Shown: positions 11,597 through 24,264 of the stretch, piece by piece
Position numbering within the stretch: the stretch's first letter is position 1
Layout of the letters: every line of letters begins with the position of its first letter
Notes under the pieces: model-generated
The model's input: only the letters and a program-made list of their open reading frames with translations
Databases searched by the model: none
Told to the model about the DNA's origin: nothing
Assembly: GCA_014905635.1 (NCBI GenBank)
Contig: JABVCE010000036.1
Span: 124,001-188,000 of the forward strand
Direction of reading: 5' to 3'
DNA: 64,000 nt
Source of the DNA: Scenedesmus sp. PABB004
Lineage: Eukaryota
Made by a program: the position numbers and the translations under genes

Positions 11597-12583
11597 CCGC
11601 CGCCGCGCGCCTTTCTGGTGCGCGGCCGGCCGCTGTCGTCGCTGCCCGCGCCTGCGCGCGGCCGCGGGCGGGCGGCCGGGTCGGCGCCGCCGCGCCGCCG
11701 CTCGCGCCCGCCGGGCTGCGCAGCGCGCGCTGCGTGCTCACCGTCGCTGGGCGCGCCGTCCGCCTCGTCCGCCTGCTCCTCCTCCTCGCCGTCGCTCGCA
11801 AACAGCGCCGCGTAGCTGCGCTTGCCCGCGGCGCCGCGCCCCGCGCCGCGGCGCGCGCCGGCGGCGAGTGGCGAGTCGCTGCCCGGCCCACCGTCCGCGT
11901 CGCTGCTCCGCTCGTCCGCGCTGTCCTCGCTGCTGCTGCGCCGCCGGCGCTGCTGCTTGGCGCCCGTCGCGGCGGCCGCCGCGCGCGGCCTGGGGCGCGC
12001 GGCGGGGGCAGGGGGCAGGCGACGTGCGGGCAGCGTGGACGCGCGTCCGAGCCGTGGCAGGCCCGGCTGCTGCGCGCACGCGCGCAGCCGCCCCTCCCTG
12101 CGCAGCCACACCGCTTGCCGGCGCCGCCGGCCTCGCCTGCCACGATGCCCGCCTTGGCGCGCTCGGCGCCGTCGGCCGGCGTGTCGGCGGCGGCCTTGGG
12201 CCGCCCGAACGCGCCCGTGTGGGCGGGCGCGTAGCCCGGCTGCCGCCGCAGCAGCACCACCGGCGCGGCGGCCGACGCGCGCCCGCCCCGGCCGCGCGGC
12301 CTCGCGGCGGCGCCCGCGTCGCCGCCCGCCTCAGGGGCGAGCCCCGGCGTGCCGCGGCCGCCGCCGCCGCCGCCACCGCCGCTGCCCTGGCTGTCGTCGT
12401 AGTCGCTGTCGGAGCCCGCGCCGGCGCCGTCCACGTCAGCGTACGACTTGACCCTCGCCCCGCCGGCGCGCGACGAGCGACGCACCGACCCCGGCGGCGT
12501 GGGCTGCGCGGCACGGGTCGGGGCGGCGAGCGCAGGTGAGGGCGCGCGCCGGGCAGCGGCGCGACGCGCCCGCGTCGCACCGC
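11597..12583 (-). pseudogene. Inverted partial copy of RHL1 3' exons and introns (source 7446-8434)
   Basis: Near-identical reverse complement of 7446-8434 with introns retained and scattered substitutions, several C>T/G>A (e.g. gcgccgcggcg to gcatcgtggca). Confidence 0.93.
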
Positions 12584-12660
12584 GCCAAATCGAACGGCTT
12601 CTCGCCCGCGGCGGCGCGACGCGGTGCGCGCACGGTTGGCGGCGCGCGCCGCTACCGGCT

Positions 12661-13236
12661 GCGGTCGGCGGCGCGCGCCGTGCGCCGCGGGGGCGGCGCG
12701 CCCGCGCCCCCGCGGGGCGGCGCGCCGCGCGCTCCAGCACGCACCCGGGCAGCCGCCGTGGCCCACCCGCAGTACTTGCCGTACCACAGCCCCACGGTAT
12801 CGCAGTCGACCTCGTAGCAGGTTCGGGCGCACTGGCGGCGGAGGGCGGCCGCCGTGTGTGCGGCGCGGCGCCGGCGTCACCCCGGGCGCCGTGCTGCGCG
12901 CCGGCGCATGGCGCTCCTCGGGCGCCTGGCTCGGCGCCGCCAGGTCCAGGCCGTCCTGGGAGTCTGCGCCCGCCAGGAGCGCCGCCGCCAGGGCGATCAC
13001 GAGCGCCAGGCGGCGCGGGAGCGGCCGCGCCATGAGGGCCCGCCCCTCGACGCTGCGCCAGGCGGCCTCTGCGCCGACGCGGGCGTGCTGTCCTCGCGCA
13101 GGGCGGACGCTGCACACAGCACGCGGGCGCGCTGGGCCGCGGCCTCGCAGCACGCGCAGCCAGACCCTGCACCGCGGCCGCGCGCCTGCCCGCGCCCGCC
13201 AGGCGCGGCGCCCGGGGCGGGCCGACGGGGCGCCTG
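12661..13236 (-). pseudogene. Truncated direct copy of the sPLA2 5' part and upstream region (source 9487-10052)
   Basis: Matches 9487-10052. ATG at 13033 is retained, but the first donor GT is mutated to GA, there is a 1-nt deletion in the YCGVGHG loop, and the catalytic exon is absent. Confidence 0.93.
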
Positions 13237-13464
13237 CGAACGCGACGCTGCAGCCTCGGGCGCAGGCGCTGACGGCCCCGTTGTTGCGCCGACGCCCGGC
13301 GCGCGCGATCGGGGCGCCTCGCGGCCGGTGGGCACCGGGAATGCGTGGCGCGACGTCGGACTAGGCGCTGGAGCGGGAGCCGGGGCGCGTGGAGCCGGCG
13401 GCGCCGTCAGCCCCCATCGGAGCAGCACCGCGGCCGGCCCGGCGCGCGGGGGCGCGGGGACGCC

Positions 13465-15779
13465 ATGCGGGCCCACGAGCTGCACGGCAAGTTGACGCTG
13501 GTGCAGCAGCTCAAGGTGCTGAGCAAGCAGCACGAGCTGGTGCTGGCAGCCTATGAGCGCAAGGTGGAGGAGCGCATCGGCGAGGCCGCGCGCACCGGCG
13601 GCGCCGTGGCGGGCGGCAAGCGGGCCGGGCCGCCGCTGATCGCGGAGGGCCCCGAGGCCAAGCGCCAGCGGCAGCTGCTGGAGCGCGACCGGCGCAAGAA
13701 GGAGCTGTGGGACGAGATCATCAAAATTGTCGAAAAGCTGCGCAAGAACACCAAGAGCGAGCCCTTCCGCCAGCCCGTGGACGTGGTGAAGCACAAGATC
13801 CCCGACTACTACAACATCATCCGCAACCCCATGGACATCGGCACGGTGCTGCGCAAGCTCAAGTCGGCGCCGCGCGCCTACAGCGGGCCGGCCGAGGTCG
13901 CCGACGACGTGCGCCTCGTCTGGCTCAACTGCCGCACCTACAACGGCGAGCAGCACCCCTTCACCGCCGCCGCCAACATCCTCAGCGAGACGTTTGAGAA
14001 GATGTGGGGCCAGGCCAACATCGAGCAGCGCTGGCAGGTCGAGGCGAAGCGCGAGCAGCGCGAGGAGCAGGTCCGCGCGCCCGGCGCGACACGACACGGC
14101 GGCAGCCGCGCGCCGCCGCGCACCCGCGGTCCCGCCCGCGCGCGCCTCACCCGCGGTCCCGCCTGCGCCCGCCCGCGCCCGCCGCGCCGCGCCGCGCGCA
14201 GGCGTTTGCGGAGCGCGGCACCGAGGAGGTCGGCGGCGACGACGACCTGGTCACGCAGCTGCGCTCGCGGCGCAACGTGCTCGGCGACCTCATCGCCGCG
14301 CGCGACGTGCAAGTGCGCACCCGCGGCCGCGCCGCCGCGCAGCGCCGCGCGCGCCGCGGCGCTCATCCGCGCGCCGCGGCGCTCACCCGCGCGCCGTCGC
14401 CTGCCGCCCCGCGCCGCGCGCCGCGCGCCAGGACAACCTGCTGCCGGGCGCGCTGGGCGAGCTCGCGCCGGACCGGGACATGACGTTTGAGGAGAAGCGC
14501 AAGCTCAGCGCGCACATGGCGAGCATCCCGGGCGAGAAGCTCGGCGCGGTGCTGGACATCATCGAGGAGTGCGAGGTGAGCGGGAGGGCTTAGGGCTCAG
14601 GGCTCAGCCCAGCCGCGCCCGCAGGGCGGGAGCGGCGGCGGGGCGGCGCCGGGGCCGGGCAGGCGGGAGGGCAGGCGCGGGCGAGTGCGGGGGCGGAGAG
14701 CGAGCGGCTGGCGTGGCCGGGGGCGGGGCGGGCCGCGCGCGGCGCCTCGCCGCTCACCGGCCGGCCGGCCGGCCGGCGCGCAGGAGCTGCCGGCGGACGT
14801 GGGCGGCGAGGTCGAGCTGGACATGGACAGCCTGGCGACGAGCACGCTGTGGAAGCTCAAGGCGTACGTCGACGGCGTGCTCACCGCGACCACGGGCGCG
14901 CCGCCCAAGAAGACGGCCGCCAACCGGCCCAGCGGCGGCGGCGCGCCGCAGAAGCACGCGCCCGCGGCGCTCGCGCCCGCGCCGGGCGCGGCGCTGCCAG
15001 CGGTGGCGCCGGGCGGCGCGACGCCGCCGCCGCCCGTGGCGCCGGGCGCGCCGGCGGCGGCCGCCCCGGCGGCGCTCGGCGGCGCGGCGCCTGCAGCGGC
15101 AGGCGCGCCCGCGGCGGCGGCCCCAGCGGCACAGCAGGCGGAGGCCGGCGCGGCGCCCGCGGGGCAGCCGGGGGCAGCAGCAGCAGCAGCAGGAGCGCCT
15201 GCCGCCGGCGCTGGTGCAGCAGACCCGCAGCAGGCGCCGGCGGCGCCGGCGGCGCAGCAGGCGACGCCGCCGCCGCAGCCGCAGCCGCAGCAGCCGGGCG
15301 CGCCGCCGTCGCAGCTGCCGCCGCCGCAGCCGCAGCAGCAGCAGCCGCCGGCGCCGGGCGCGCCGGCGCCGGCCGCGGCGGCGCCGCCGCAGCCGCAGTC
15401 GCCGCAGGACTCTGGCGGCAGCGGCGGCGACGAGATGGTCGCGTCGACCATGGGCGGCCCCGCCGCGCGGCAGCCAGCGCCGACGTTCCACGGCGGCGAC
15501 GCGTGCACGGTCGCGCAGAGCGGCACCAACGCGCGGCCGAGCAGCACGTTCGTCAAGGCCAACAAGCCGCGCGCCCCGCTGCCGCCGGGCGCCGCGGGCG
15601 GTGGCGGCGCCGGCGCCAAGCCGCCGGGCGCGCCGACGGCGATGGACGTCGACGTCAACGCCGACTGGGCGGCGCTCACAAAGGCGGAGCCCGGCGCCGA
15701 CGCGCCGCCGCCCGCCGCGCCGGCGGCGGCCGCCGCCGTCAAGGCGGAGCCGGGCGCGCCGGGCGCGCCGGCGCCGGCC

Positions 15780-15814
<35 letters not shown>

Positions 15815-16491
15815 CGCGGGCGTGGGCGCGCCGGGCGGCGACATGTGGGACGAATTTGCTGAGAAGGCCAAGGCGGAGGAGGAGAAGCTGGCCAAGGCGG
15901 CGGCGGAGGAGGAGGCGCGCAAGCGCGAGGAGGCGGAGCAGCGGCGCAAGCTGGAGGAGCTGGAGCGGCAAAAGGTGCAGCCCGCCCGCGCGGCCGGCCG
16001 CAGCGGGCGCGACGGCGGCGCGCGGCGCCCGCGCGGCGCCAGCGCCAGCGCGGGCGCGGGCGCGCGAGGCGTCGGGCCTGCTGCTCACCGCGCGCCTGCG
16101 CCGCGCCGCGCAGGAGGCGGAGGCGCAGGCGGAGGCCGAGGCGCGCAAGGCCGCGGCCGCGGCGGAGCTGTCCGCCAAGGGCGTGCCGCCGGGCGCGCCC
16201 GCCGAGAACGCGGCCGTGCTCAAGGTGCGGCGCGGCGCGCCCCCTCCGCCTCTCGCTGCGCCGCGCGCGCGCCCCGCGGGCGGCGGCCCCCGGCGACCGA
16301 CCGCGCGCCCCGCTGGCTCACGCCGCCGCCGCCGGCCGCGCCGCCCCGCCGGTCCCGCCCCCGCGTAGGAGATGGACACGCTGCTGGAGGGCGCCGAGCA
16401 GGACGGCGCGGCCATGGCCGTCGACGGCGACGACGACGACGACGACGAGGATGACGGCGGCGACCCCAACGCCGGCGCCGGCTTTGACTGA
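13465..16491 (+). CDS. Bromodomain and extra-terminal (GTE/BET-type) protein
   Basis: Bromodomain EPFRQPVDVVKHKIPDYYNIIRNPMDIGTV..DDVRLVWLNCRTYN and ET domain MTFEEKRKLSAHMASIPGEKLGAVLDIIEE|..EVELDMDSLATSTLWKLKAYV. Acidic C-terminus ends NAGAGFD-stop. Confidence 0.9.
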
Positions 16492-17157
16492 GGCGGCGGC
16501 GCCCGTCCCTCGTCGCGCGCCCGGCGCCCGGCAGCAGGGGCCGCGCGGCGCGCGGCCGGCCCGGCGCCGGGCGCGCCTAGGCTAGGCGGGGGGAGGAAGG
16601 GGGCGGCTGCGTGGCGGCGTGCGCTGCCTCGCGGCGCGGGGGCCGCGGCGGCGCCTGGCGACGGGGCGGGGGGAGGCGCTCGGGTGCGCGGCGCAACCAG
16701 CGCGCGGCGCAACCATCCATAAGCATGCACAGGCCGGCACGGGGGGCTGAGGGGGGCATTTTGGCGTGTGGGGCTCGCCTGGACACGCCGGGAGGGAGGG
16801 CTGCCTCGCGCGCGTGGGGCGGGGCAGCGCGCAGCGTTGCGTGTGCCTTCTGCCTGCGACTGCTGGCGGCTTGTCGCGGCCGCGGCCGCTCGTGCGGCGG
16901 CGGCCGGCGCGCGCGCGGCCCGCCCGGAGTGCTTTGCCCGCCTCGGGCTTGACCACACGCTGGCCAGCTCGCCGGCACCAGGTCCGCGTTGGTTTCCAAT
17001 GTGTGAGAGAGACCGGCGACCCCACCCGCGCCCGGCCATGCAGTTGCGGGGCCGCGGCCGACCGACGGAGGGCGGCGGCGCCCGCTGCAATGCTGGTGCC
17101 GCGCGCTGGCCCGCGCAATGTCCCACGGCCGGGGAGGGGAGGGCGACGCTGCGAGCG

Positions 17158-17199
17158 TGTAACGGCGACGCCGCACGTGCTCCCGGGCGATGCGTTACA
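17158..17199. terminator. Back-to-back TGTAAC polyadenylation signals of convergent genes
   Basis: TGTAAC on + at 17158-17163 and on - at 17194-17199, between the convergent BET and BAR-like genes. UGUAA is the known chlorophyte poly(A) signal. Confidence 0.65.
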
Positions 17200-17592
17200 A
17201 CTCAGCGAGGCCCCGCCCCGCCGTCGTTATTCAGCCGCCGCCACGGCGCGGGGTGGCGGTGCCCAACTCGCATGCGCCGGCGTGCACTGGTCAAGGGGGG
17301 CTGCCCACTCGCTCGCGCGCACGGCGCCGTGCTGCGCCGCCGCGCCGTCCACGCACCGGACCCGTCAGTGCCGGCCGGCTGCCCGGCCCTCCCCGCCTCA
17401 CATGCACCCCCGCCGCCCTCACGCGCACCACCCCTGCCGCCGCTGGGCGGCCCCGGCCCGCCGCCCGTCCTCGCCCGTCGTCGCCAGCCCTAAACGAACG
17501 AAAAGCACGCAGGCAGGTGGAACTTAGCAACTCCCCCGCCCGCGAAACGGCCCGCACCTCGCCTCGCCCGCTGCCGCGGCCGCCGGTGCAGC

Positions 17593-20500
17593 TCACTGCG
17601 TGAAGCCCGCGGGCGCCGCGGTCACGGCGGCCTGCTGCAGCGGCGCCTTTCCGCCGCCGCCGCCCTCGTACGCCGAGGCGACGCTGCCGGCGCGCGAGCC
17701 GGGCGCGAGCTGCGGGGGCGGCGCGCGCCGGCGCGGGCAGGCGCCGCTCGGCAGGCGGCGGCGGCGGCGGCAGTCGCGGCAGGCGCCGCAGCCGCGCCGG
17801 GGAGAGGGAGCGCGCCGCTGCCCGCGCGCGCGCGCGCGCGCGCGCCCCGCCCTGGCGCCGCACCTCACTGCGCGCGTCCACATAGGCGTCGTCGCCAGAC
17901 TCGCTGCCCGCAAACGGCGCGTCGCGCGCGTCGCGGAAGTCGCCAGCGCCGCCGCCCAGGCCGGCCGCGCCAGGGCCGGCGCCGGGGCGGGCGGCCGCGA
18001 GCTCGGCGCGGATCGCGTCGGCGACGCTGCCGCGGCTGGCGGGGCCCCCGCCGCCCAGCTCCGCGCCTGCGTGGATGGCGGCCGCGCGGCGGCGAGGCGC
18101 TCAGCGGCAGCGGCGCGCGGCGCGCGGCGAGCGGCGAGACCCCGGCGCAGCTGGCCACGCACCCGCGGCCGCGCCACCCAGCGCCTCAGCCTCGGCCGCC
18201 CCCGCGGGCTTGGCGGGGGTATAGAAGGTGTCCAGCACGTCGTCAGCGCGCCGCCCCGCCTCCGCCTTGGGCGCGAGGCCCTCAGAGCCCAGGCCCAGGC
18301 CCGCGCCGCCCAGGCCCTCGGCGCCCAGGCCCAGGCGCGCGCCGCCGCTGGCGATGCCGGCGCCCCCGGCCTCTGAGCTGAGGCTCGGGCCCAGGCCGCT
18401 GCCGGCGGTGGCGGTGGTGCTGACGTCGTCGAGGCGCTCGTCGCGCAGGCCGCCGGCGCCGCCGAGCGCCGCGCCCTCGGCCAGGGGCGAGGCCTCAGCC
18501 AGGCGAGCCTCCGCCGCGCCCGCGGGCGCGGGCGCGAAGCCGGCGCCGGCCGCGCGGCTGGCCGCGGCGCCGGCGGCGGCCGAGGAGGGCGCGGCGGCGG
18601 CCGTGTCGATGGCGCCGCTGGCGGGGCCGGCGCGCGGGGCCATCGCGACGCCCTCGGCGTGCCGCGCCGTCTCGCGGCGCGCCGGCAGCTCGCCCGCCAA
18701 TTCGTCGGCGCGCGCAGCGCCGCCGGCCGCGGCCGGCTCGGCGCGCGTGGGCGTGGGGATGTGCGCGGCGGGGCTCAGCGGGCTCTGGACCAGCGGGCTC
18801 ACGGAGCGGCCGGCGCGGCCGCCCGCCGGCGCGGCCGCGGCCAGCGCGGCCGCAGTCGGCGCCTCGCGCACGCTCACGCCCTCGCCCGCCACGGTGCGCT
18901 CCACCTCCCTGCGGCGGCGGCGCGGTGGCGGTGTTGGCCTGCTGCGGCGAGGCCGCGCGGCGGCCCCACAGCCCGCGCGCGGCGCGCGCCTGATCGTGTG
19001 CTCGCGCAGCTCCGCGGGCAGCTGCTGCAGCGGCACGCCCGACGCGCCCATCTCAACAGGCGGCACCGGCTGCGCCGCGAGCGCGCGCGCTGCCGCGCCC
19101 GACGGCGCGGCGGCGCCGACCAGCAGGGGCGTCGCGAGGCCGCGCCGCGCGCGCAGCGGGGTGTAGGGCAGCACGGCCGCGCCGCGCGGCGCCGCGCCGC
19201 GCGCGAGCTCGAGCGCGCGCTGCGCAGGGCAGCGTGCGGGCGCGCGGGCGCGCGTGCGCGGGCGGGCGGGCGGCGGGGTCGGCCGCCGCGCTCCGTCGCA
19301 GCCCGCAGCCCCGCGCTCCGTCGCAGCCCGCCGCCACCGCCGCGGCGCCCGGCCGGCCCTCACCGGGGACATCTGGCTGAGCACCGCCGTGTGGTCGCCG
19401 ACCGCGCCGTAGTGCTGCGCGCGCCCGCCGCCGCCCGCCGCGGCGGCGTACGGCCCCGAGCGGAACGCCGGCAGCGGCGCCTTGCTCGGGCCCAGCGCCA
19501 GCGCGACGCCCTGGCGCGCGGCGGCGTGGCGCGGGCGGCCGCGGGCGTCGGCGCCGCGCGCGCGGGGGCCGGCCTGCGCGCGGGGTTCAGCGCCCGCCGC
19601 TGCGCCCGCGCGGCGGCGGGCGGCGGGGCGCCGCAGGCCGTGCCTGGAAGGCCTCCTTGGCCTGCACCATGACCGCCGCGGCGTAGCTCTCCAGCCAGGA
19701 CCCGTCCACGACCAGGCCGCTCAGCTGCTCCCACACCAGGCGCTCCTGGTCCTCGTACGACTCCAGCACGGCTGCGTGCACCGCCACGTCGCGGCGGGCG
19801 GCGCGGCGGGCGGCGCGGCGGCTGCGTCAGGGCCGGCGCGCGGGCGGCTCGCGCAGCGCGCAGGCGGGCGCGCGGTGCGGCGCGGGCGCGCGGCCGCGCA
19901 CCGCGCAGCTGGCGCTCGGTGTGCAGGGCGAGGCGCTGGTAGTCCTCCAGGGCCTTGCCGCGCGGCACGACGCCGCGGCGGCCGCCGTACGCGCCGGCGT
20001 CGTCGTCGTCGTCGCTGCTGCTGCTGCTGCTGCCGCCGCCCGCGCCGTACGCGCGGCGCAGGCGCGCCTCGGCCTTGCCCAGCGTGCGCTCGTGCTTGCG
20101 CCGCGCACCGTCCACCTCGCGGCGCAGGCGCTCGAGGCTCTTCATGCGCTCCTGGTGGCCGGGGGCGGGTGGCGCGGGCGCGGGGGCGGAGCAGGGCGGC
20201 GGGGCGGGCGCGGGCGTGGGCGCGTGCGCGGCGGGAGCCGGGCGGGCGGCGCCGCGCGGCTGCCGCGTGCGATGGCAGGGCCCGCCGCCGGCGGCGGCGC
20301 CGCGCCGCACCCGCGCGACGGCGAGGCCCTCGTGCCAGCGGCGCAGCGCCGACAGCACGTTGTCCACGGCGGCGTCAAAGCGCTCGATGTGCGCGTGCGC
20401 GGCCGCGCCGTCGTAGGCGCCGCCGACCATGCTGCGGGCGGCCGTGGGGGGAGGGAGGGGCAGCGGCAGCGCCTCAGCGCGTGCTGCCGACGCACGCTGC

Positions 20501-21216
20501 CGACGCGCGTGCCGCGCAGCGTGCGCGCGCACGCGCTGCCGGCCCCCTGGCCGCCGCGGCCGCGCTCACCTGGGGTGCCCGTGGCTGATCGGCGGCCGCA
20601 CCGGCTCCGCGAGCCCGGGGCCCGCCTCGTCGTGCACCGCGGCCCACACGCGCGGCAGGCTCGCCGCGAGCAGCGGCAGCTGCGCGCGCAGCGAGCCTGC
20701 GCAGCGGGCGGCGCGCGGGGGTGCTCGGCGGCGGGCAATGCGCGGGCGGCGGGCCGCGCGGGCGCGGGGGCCGGCCGGCCGCAGGCGCTCACGCGACACG
20801 CGGCGGTGGTAGTCGCGCACGGCGTGCTCAAAGGCGCGCAGCTGCTCCGCAAAGGCCTGCGCCTCCTCCAGCATCGGCGGGTTGCGCGTCTGCGGTGCGC
20901 GCCGGCGCGTGCGTGCCGCGCGCGTGATCACGCGCGCTCATGAGCGGCCGGCGGCAGCGCGCGCGGCGCGTGCCAGCGGCCGCGCGGGCGTGCGGGCGCG
21001 CGGCTCAGCGGCGGCGGCGCACGTTGGGCGTGGGCGTGAAGGTCTTGTCGCGGCTGAAACCCAGCCGCGCGCGCGTCTGCGGGCGGCGGGTCGCGTGCGG
21101 CGGCGGCAGCGTGGGCAGCGGCGCCGCGCGGCGCGGCGGCGGCGCGGCGCCCGAGTGCTCGCCCCACTCGCCGTGTCGAGCATGGCCATGATGTTGGTGC
21201 GCGTTGCGGCGGCCAT
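17593..21216 (-). CDS. BAR-domain-like coiled-coil protein with long disordered C-terminus, multi-exon
   Basis: Helical exons MLEEAQAFAEQLRAFEHAVRDYHRRV, HIERFDAAVDNVLSALRRWHEGLAVAR|ERMKSLERLRREVDGARRKHERTLGK and ESYEDQERLVWEQLSGLVVD resemble the BAR RRLDYDaaR/K region. Termini are less certain. Confidence 0.6.
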
Positions 21217-21567
21217 CGCGGCGCGCTGCTCCGCGTCGGCGCGGTCGGCGCGGCGGCGCGGTGGGCGGCTCGCTGCTGCTGACGCCGCTGCGAGCGGCCG
21301 GGGCGCGATCGCGTGCGGGCCCGGGTGCGCCGGGAGTGCGCGGGGTGCGGCGGCGACGGCGCGCGTGCGCGTCACGGCGCGCGTCGGCGGCCCTGTGGCG
21401 GCAGGCCGGCAGCCACAGGGAGGGCGCGAGCGAGTGGCGGGAGGCGCGCACGACGGGCTGGGCGTGCCGAGAGCGCTGCGGGGCGTGGGGCTTGGCCGAC
21501 GCCGGCGCGTCACAAAACGCTCGCGCCGCTCGCCTCTCGCTGCCACGCCCGCCGACGCCCGCTCACA

Positions 21568-23711
21568 TCACGCCCAGACGGCGAGCAGGGACATGAGCCC
21601 GAAGCCGATGAGCAGCGCGGCGACCTTGGCGAGGCGGTGCCCGCCGGGGGCGTCGAGCTCTTTTGGGATGACCTCGTTCAGCGCGACGTACAGGAACGTC
21701 CCGCTCGCGAGCGCCGACATCGCGCCGCCCACCGCGCCGCCGCCGAGGTCGCTGCTTGCGTAGCCGACCGCGATGCCCAGCGGCGTCGCGGAGGCAAAGA
21801 CCGACACGACGCCCCAGAACTTGGCCGCCGACGCCTGCGGGGTGTGGGCCGGGGCGCGCGGGCAGGGGGCGGGTGACGGACGGGCGGGTGGGCGTGTGAC
21901 GGGCGGGCGGGCGGCGGCCGGGGCCCGCCATGCGCCCGCAGCCGGGCGGGCGTGTCGTGCCCCGGCGGGCGGCGGCGCGCGGCGGCGCGCGCCTTGCTCT
22001 CCACGATGCTCGCCCCGAGCGCGTACGCGGCGAGGCCCTTGTGCGCGGCGATGGCGAGCATGATGTCCTTCGTCGCCTGGGGGGCACCGGGGAGGGGCGC
22101 GGTGCGGGAGGAGGGTTTAGGGGAGGGCGGGGGAGGGCGCGCGCGAGCGAGGGGGTGAGGGTGGCGGCGTCGAGGCGGCGGCGCGGCTGCGCGGCCGCGC
22201 GGCGGCGGCAGCGCGCGCCTCCATCGTGGTCTGCGCGCCGAGCGCGATGCCCTCGAGGATGGAGTGGATGCACAGCGCGCACGCGAGCAGCACGGTCGTC
22301 GCGAACGACAGCGGCGCGTGGCCCAGCAGCACCTGGAAGTGCGCGTGCGCCGGCCCGCCCCGCCGCCGCCGCCGCCGCCGCCGCCGCGCCGCCGCCCGCC
22401 GCCGCCCAGCTCGAGCTCGAGCTGGCCCGCGACGCGGCCCACCGCGGCGGCCTCGGTCGCGCCCTCCGGGTGGCGGCGCGGCCCCAGGGCGCCGCAGCAG
22501 GCGCAGCCGCGCTGCCGGCAGGCGCTGCAGGCGCAGCCGCCGCCGCCGCTGCTGCCGCCCTCCAGCATCGCGCCGCGCGCCCACGCGCCGTCGTCGTCGC
22601 TCGGGCGCCAGGGCTGCCCGCCGCCCGCCAGCTGCGAGCAGGGCAGCCGCGGCGTGCCGCGGAGGTCGACGTCCGACAGCCCCAGCTGCTGCTGGTCGCC
22701 GCGCTGCTGCTGCTGCTGCTGCTGCTGCCCCCCGCCCGCCGGCGGGCTGCTGCTGCCTGCCTCGCCGCCCGGCGCCGCTGCGGCGCCGGGTCGTGACCCG
22801 CCGCGCGGCGCCGTGCTGGCGGCGGTGATCGCGCGCGGCGAGCCCGACGCCAGCACGCACAGCGCGACGTCGCCGGCGGAGCCGTTGGCCTCGCCGTCCA
22901 GCCCGAGCGACAGGAGCGACAGCCCGCCGCCCCCGCCGCGCCGGCCGGCGTGCTTGGGCGCCGGGGGGCCGCCGCCGCCGCCGCCGGCGCCGCCGCCGCT
23001 CGAGGGCGGCGGCTCGCCGCGGTCGCTGCACGGCGGCGTCTCCCCGCCGTCGCTGAACGGCTGCGCCTTGGTGTCCAGCCGCGCGTAGCCGTGCCCCCCG
23101 CCGCCGGCGCCGGCGCCGTGGTGGTGGTCTGGGCCCTGCTCCGCGGTCAGCACCGTGACCACCTGGTCAGCGAGCAGCGTGATCAGGTACCCGCACGCCG
23201 CGAGGAACGTGGCGATGGGGAAGCGACCGATGAACGCGAGCTGGCGCAGGCTGTCCGCCAGGAGGTGGCAGAAGCCCGCCGACAGCATCACTGCGCGGCG
23301 CGGCGCGCGGGCGCGGGCGCGGGCGCGTCGGTGGGAGGCCGCGGTGCGCGGCGCGCGGCGCGGCGCGGCGCGGCACGCGGCCGCACCGCCGCCGCTGAGC
23401 ATGTTGCCCAGGTGGAACGCGAGGCTGGTGGCCGTCCCCGCCTGCTGCCCGCCGCGGCTGGCGAGGAAGCGCGGCAGGTAGGCGCCTGTGGGGCACGCGC
23501 GGCGCAGGCGCGGGCGCAGCAGCATGAGCAGGTGCGCCGCGGGCGGGCGCGCTGCCGCGTGCGTCCAGGCGCGGGGCGGCGCGCGCCGGTGCGCACCCAG
23601 CAGCGCCGTGAGCAGCAGCACGATCGCGGAGACCACGTCAAACGCCAGCCGCGCGCCGCCCTCGTCGGCAGGCGCCGCCGGGGCGCCCGGCAGCGCCTCC
23701 GCGCCCGCCAT
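21568..23711 (-). CDS. ZIP-family zinc/iron permease
   Basis: LGNMLSGG|VMLSAGFCHLLAD, LCIHSILEGIALG, AIAAHKGLAAYALG, FASATPLGIAVG, ALASGTFLYVALNEVIPKEL, IGFGLMSLLAVWA-stop. Apparent frameshift in a (GGC)n tract near 22360-22400. Confidence 0.92.
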
Positions 23712-24264
23712 GCCGCCGCGTCGGGCCGGCGCGCCTGCGAGGGCCGCGGAGCAGCTCTGCCACGTGCGGGGGCGCGGCGGGCCGGCGGCGGCGGCGCGCG
23801 GCGCGCCCCCCCCCCCCCCCCGCGCGGCGGCGCGCGGCGCAACAGCAGCGCCGCGGCCGCCCGCGGCGCGCGCGGGCCGCGGCCGTGCGCCCGCACCTGA
23901 TCAGCTGCTCATGGCGCTGCCGCCAACTCCCGGCGCGGGCGCCAGGGAGCAAACAGGGCGGGTGGTGGGCGCGTGGGCCCGCCTCTCTGCTTTTTGGCCG
24001 GTGCTGCTGTTCTGCGTGCTGCGCGCTGTGTTGCGGCACCCTGCTGAGCGACGATGCGGCGCGACGGACTGGCGCTGGGCGAGGCTGCTCAGGTCGCTGT
24101 AGTCTGGGAGGCGGGGCTCAGTTGCCCGCGATGCCTGCCTCGCGCGCCGTGCCCGCACCACCACAATTCGCCCGCCCGCGCGTCGTGGAGTGGCACAGCT
24201 GACGGGACCCCCTCGGACGCAGCGGCGCGCCGCGCAGCAGCAGGAGCAGCAGGGGCCGCCAGCC

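Noticed and set aside
10053..12660. Possible transposon (Helitron/Pack-MULE) carrying gene fragments
   Set aside because: No terminal inverted repeats, diagnostic ends or transposase/helicase coding seen; reported only as a rearrangement.
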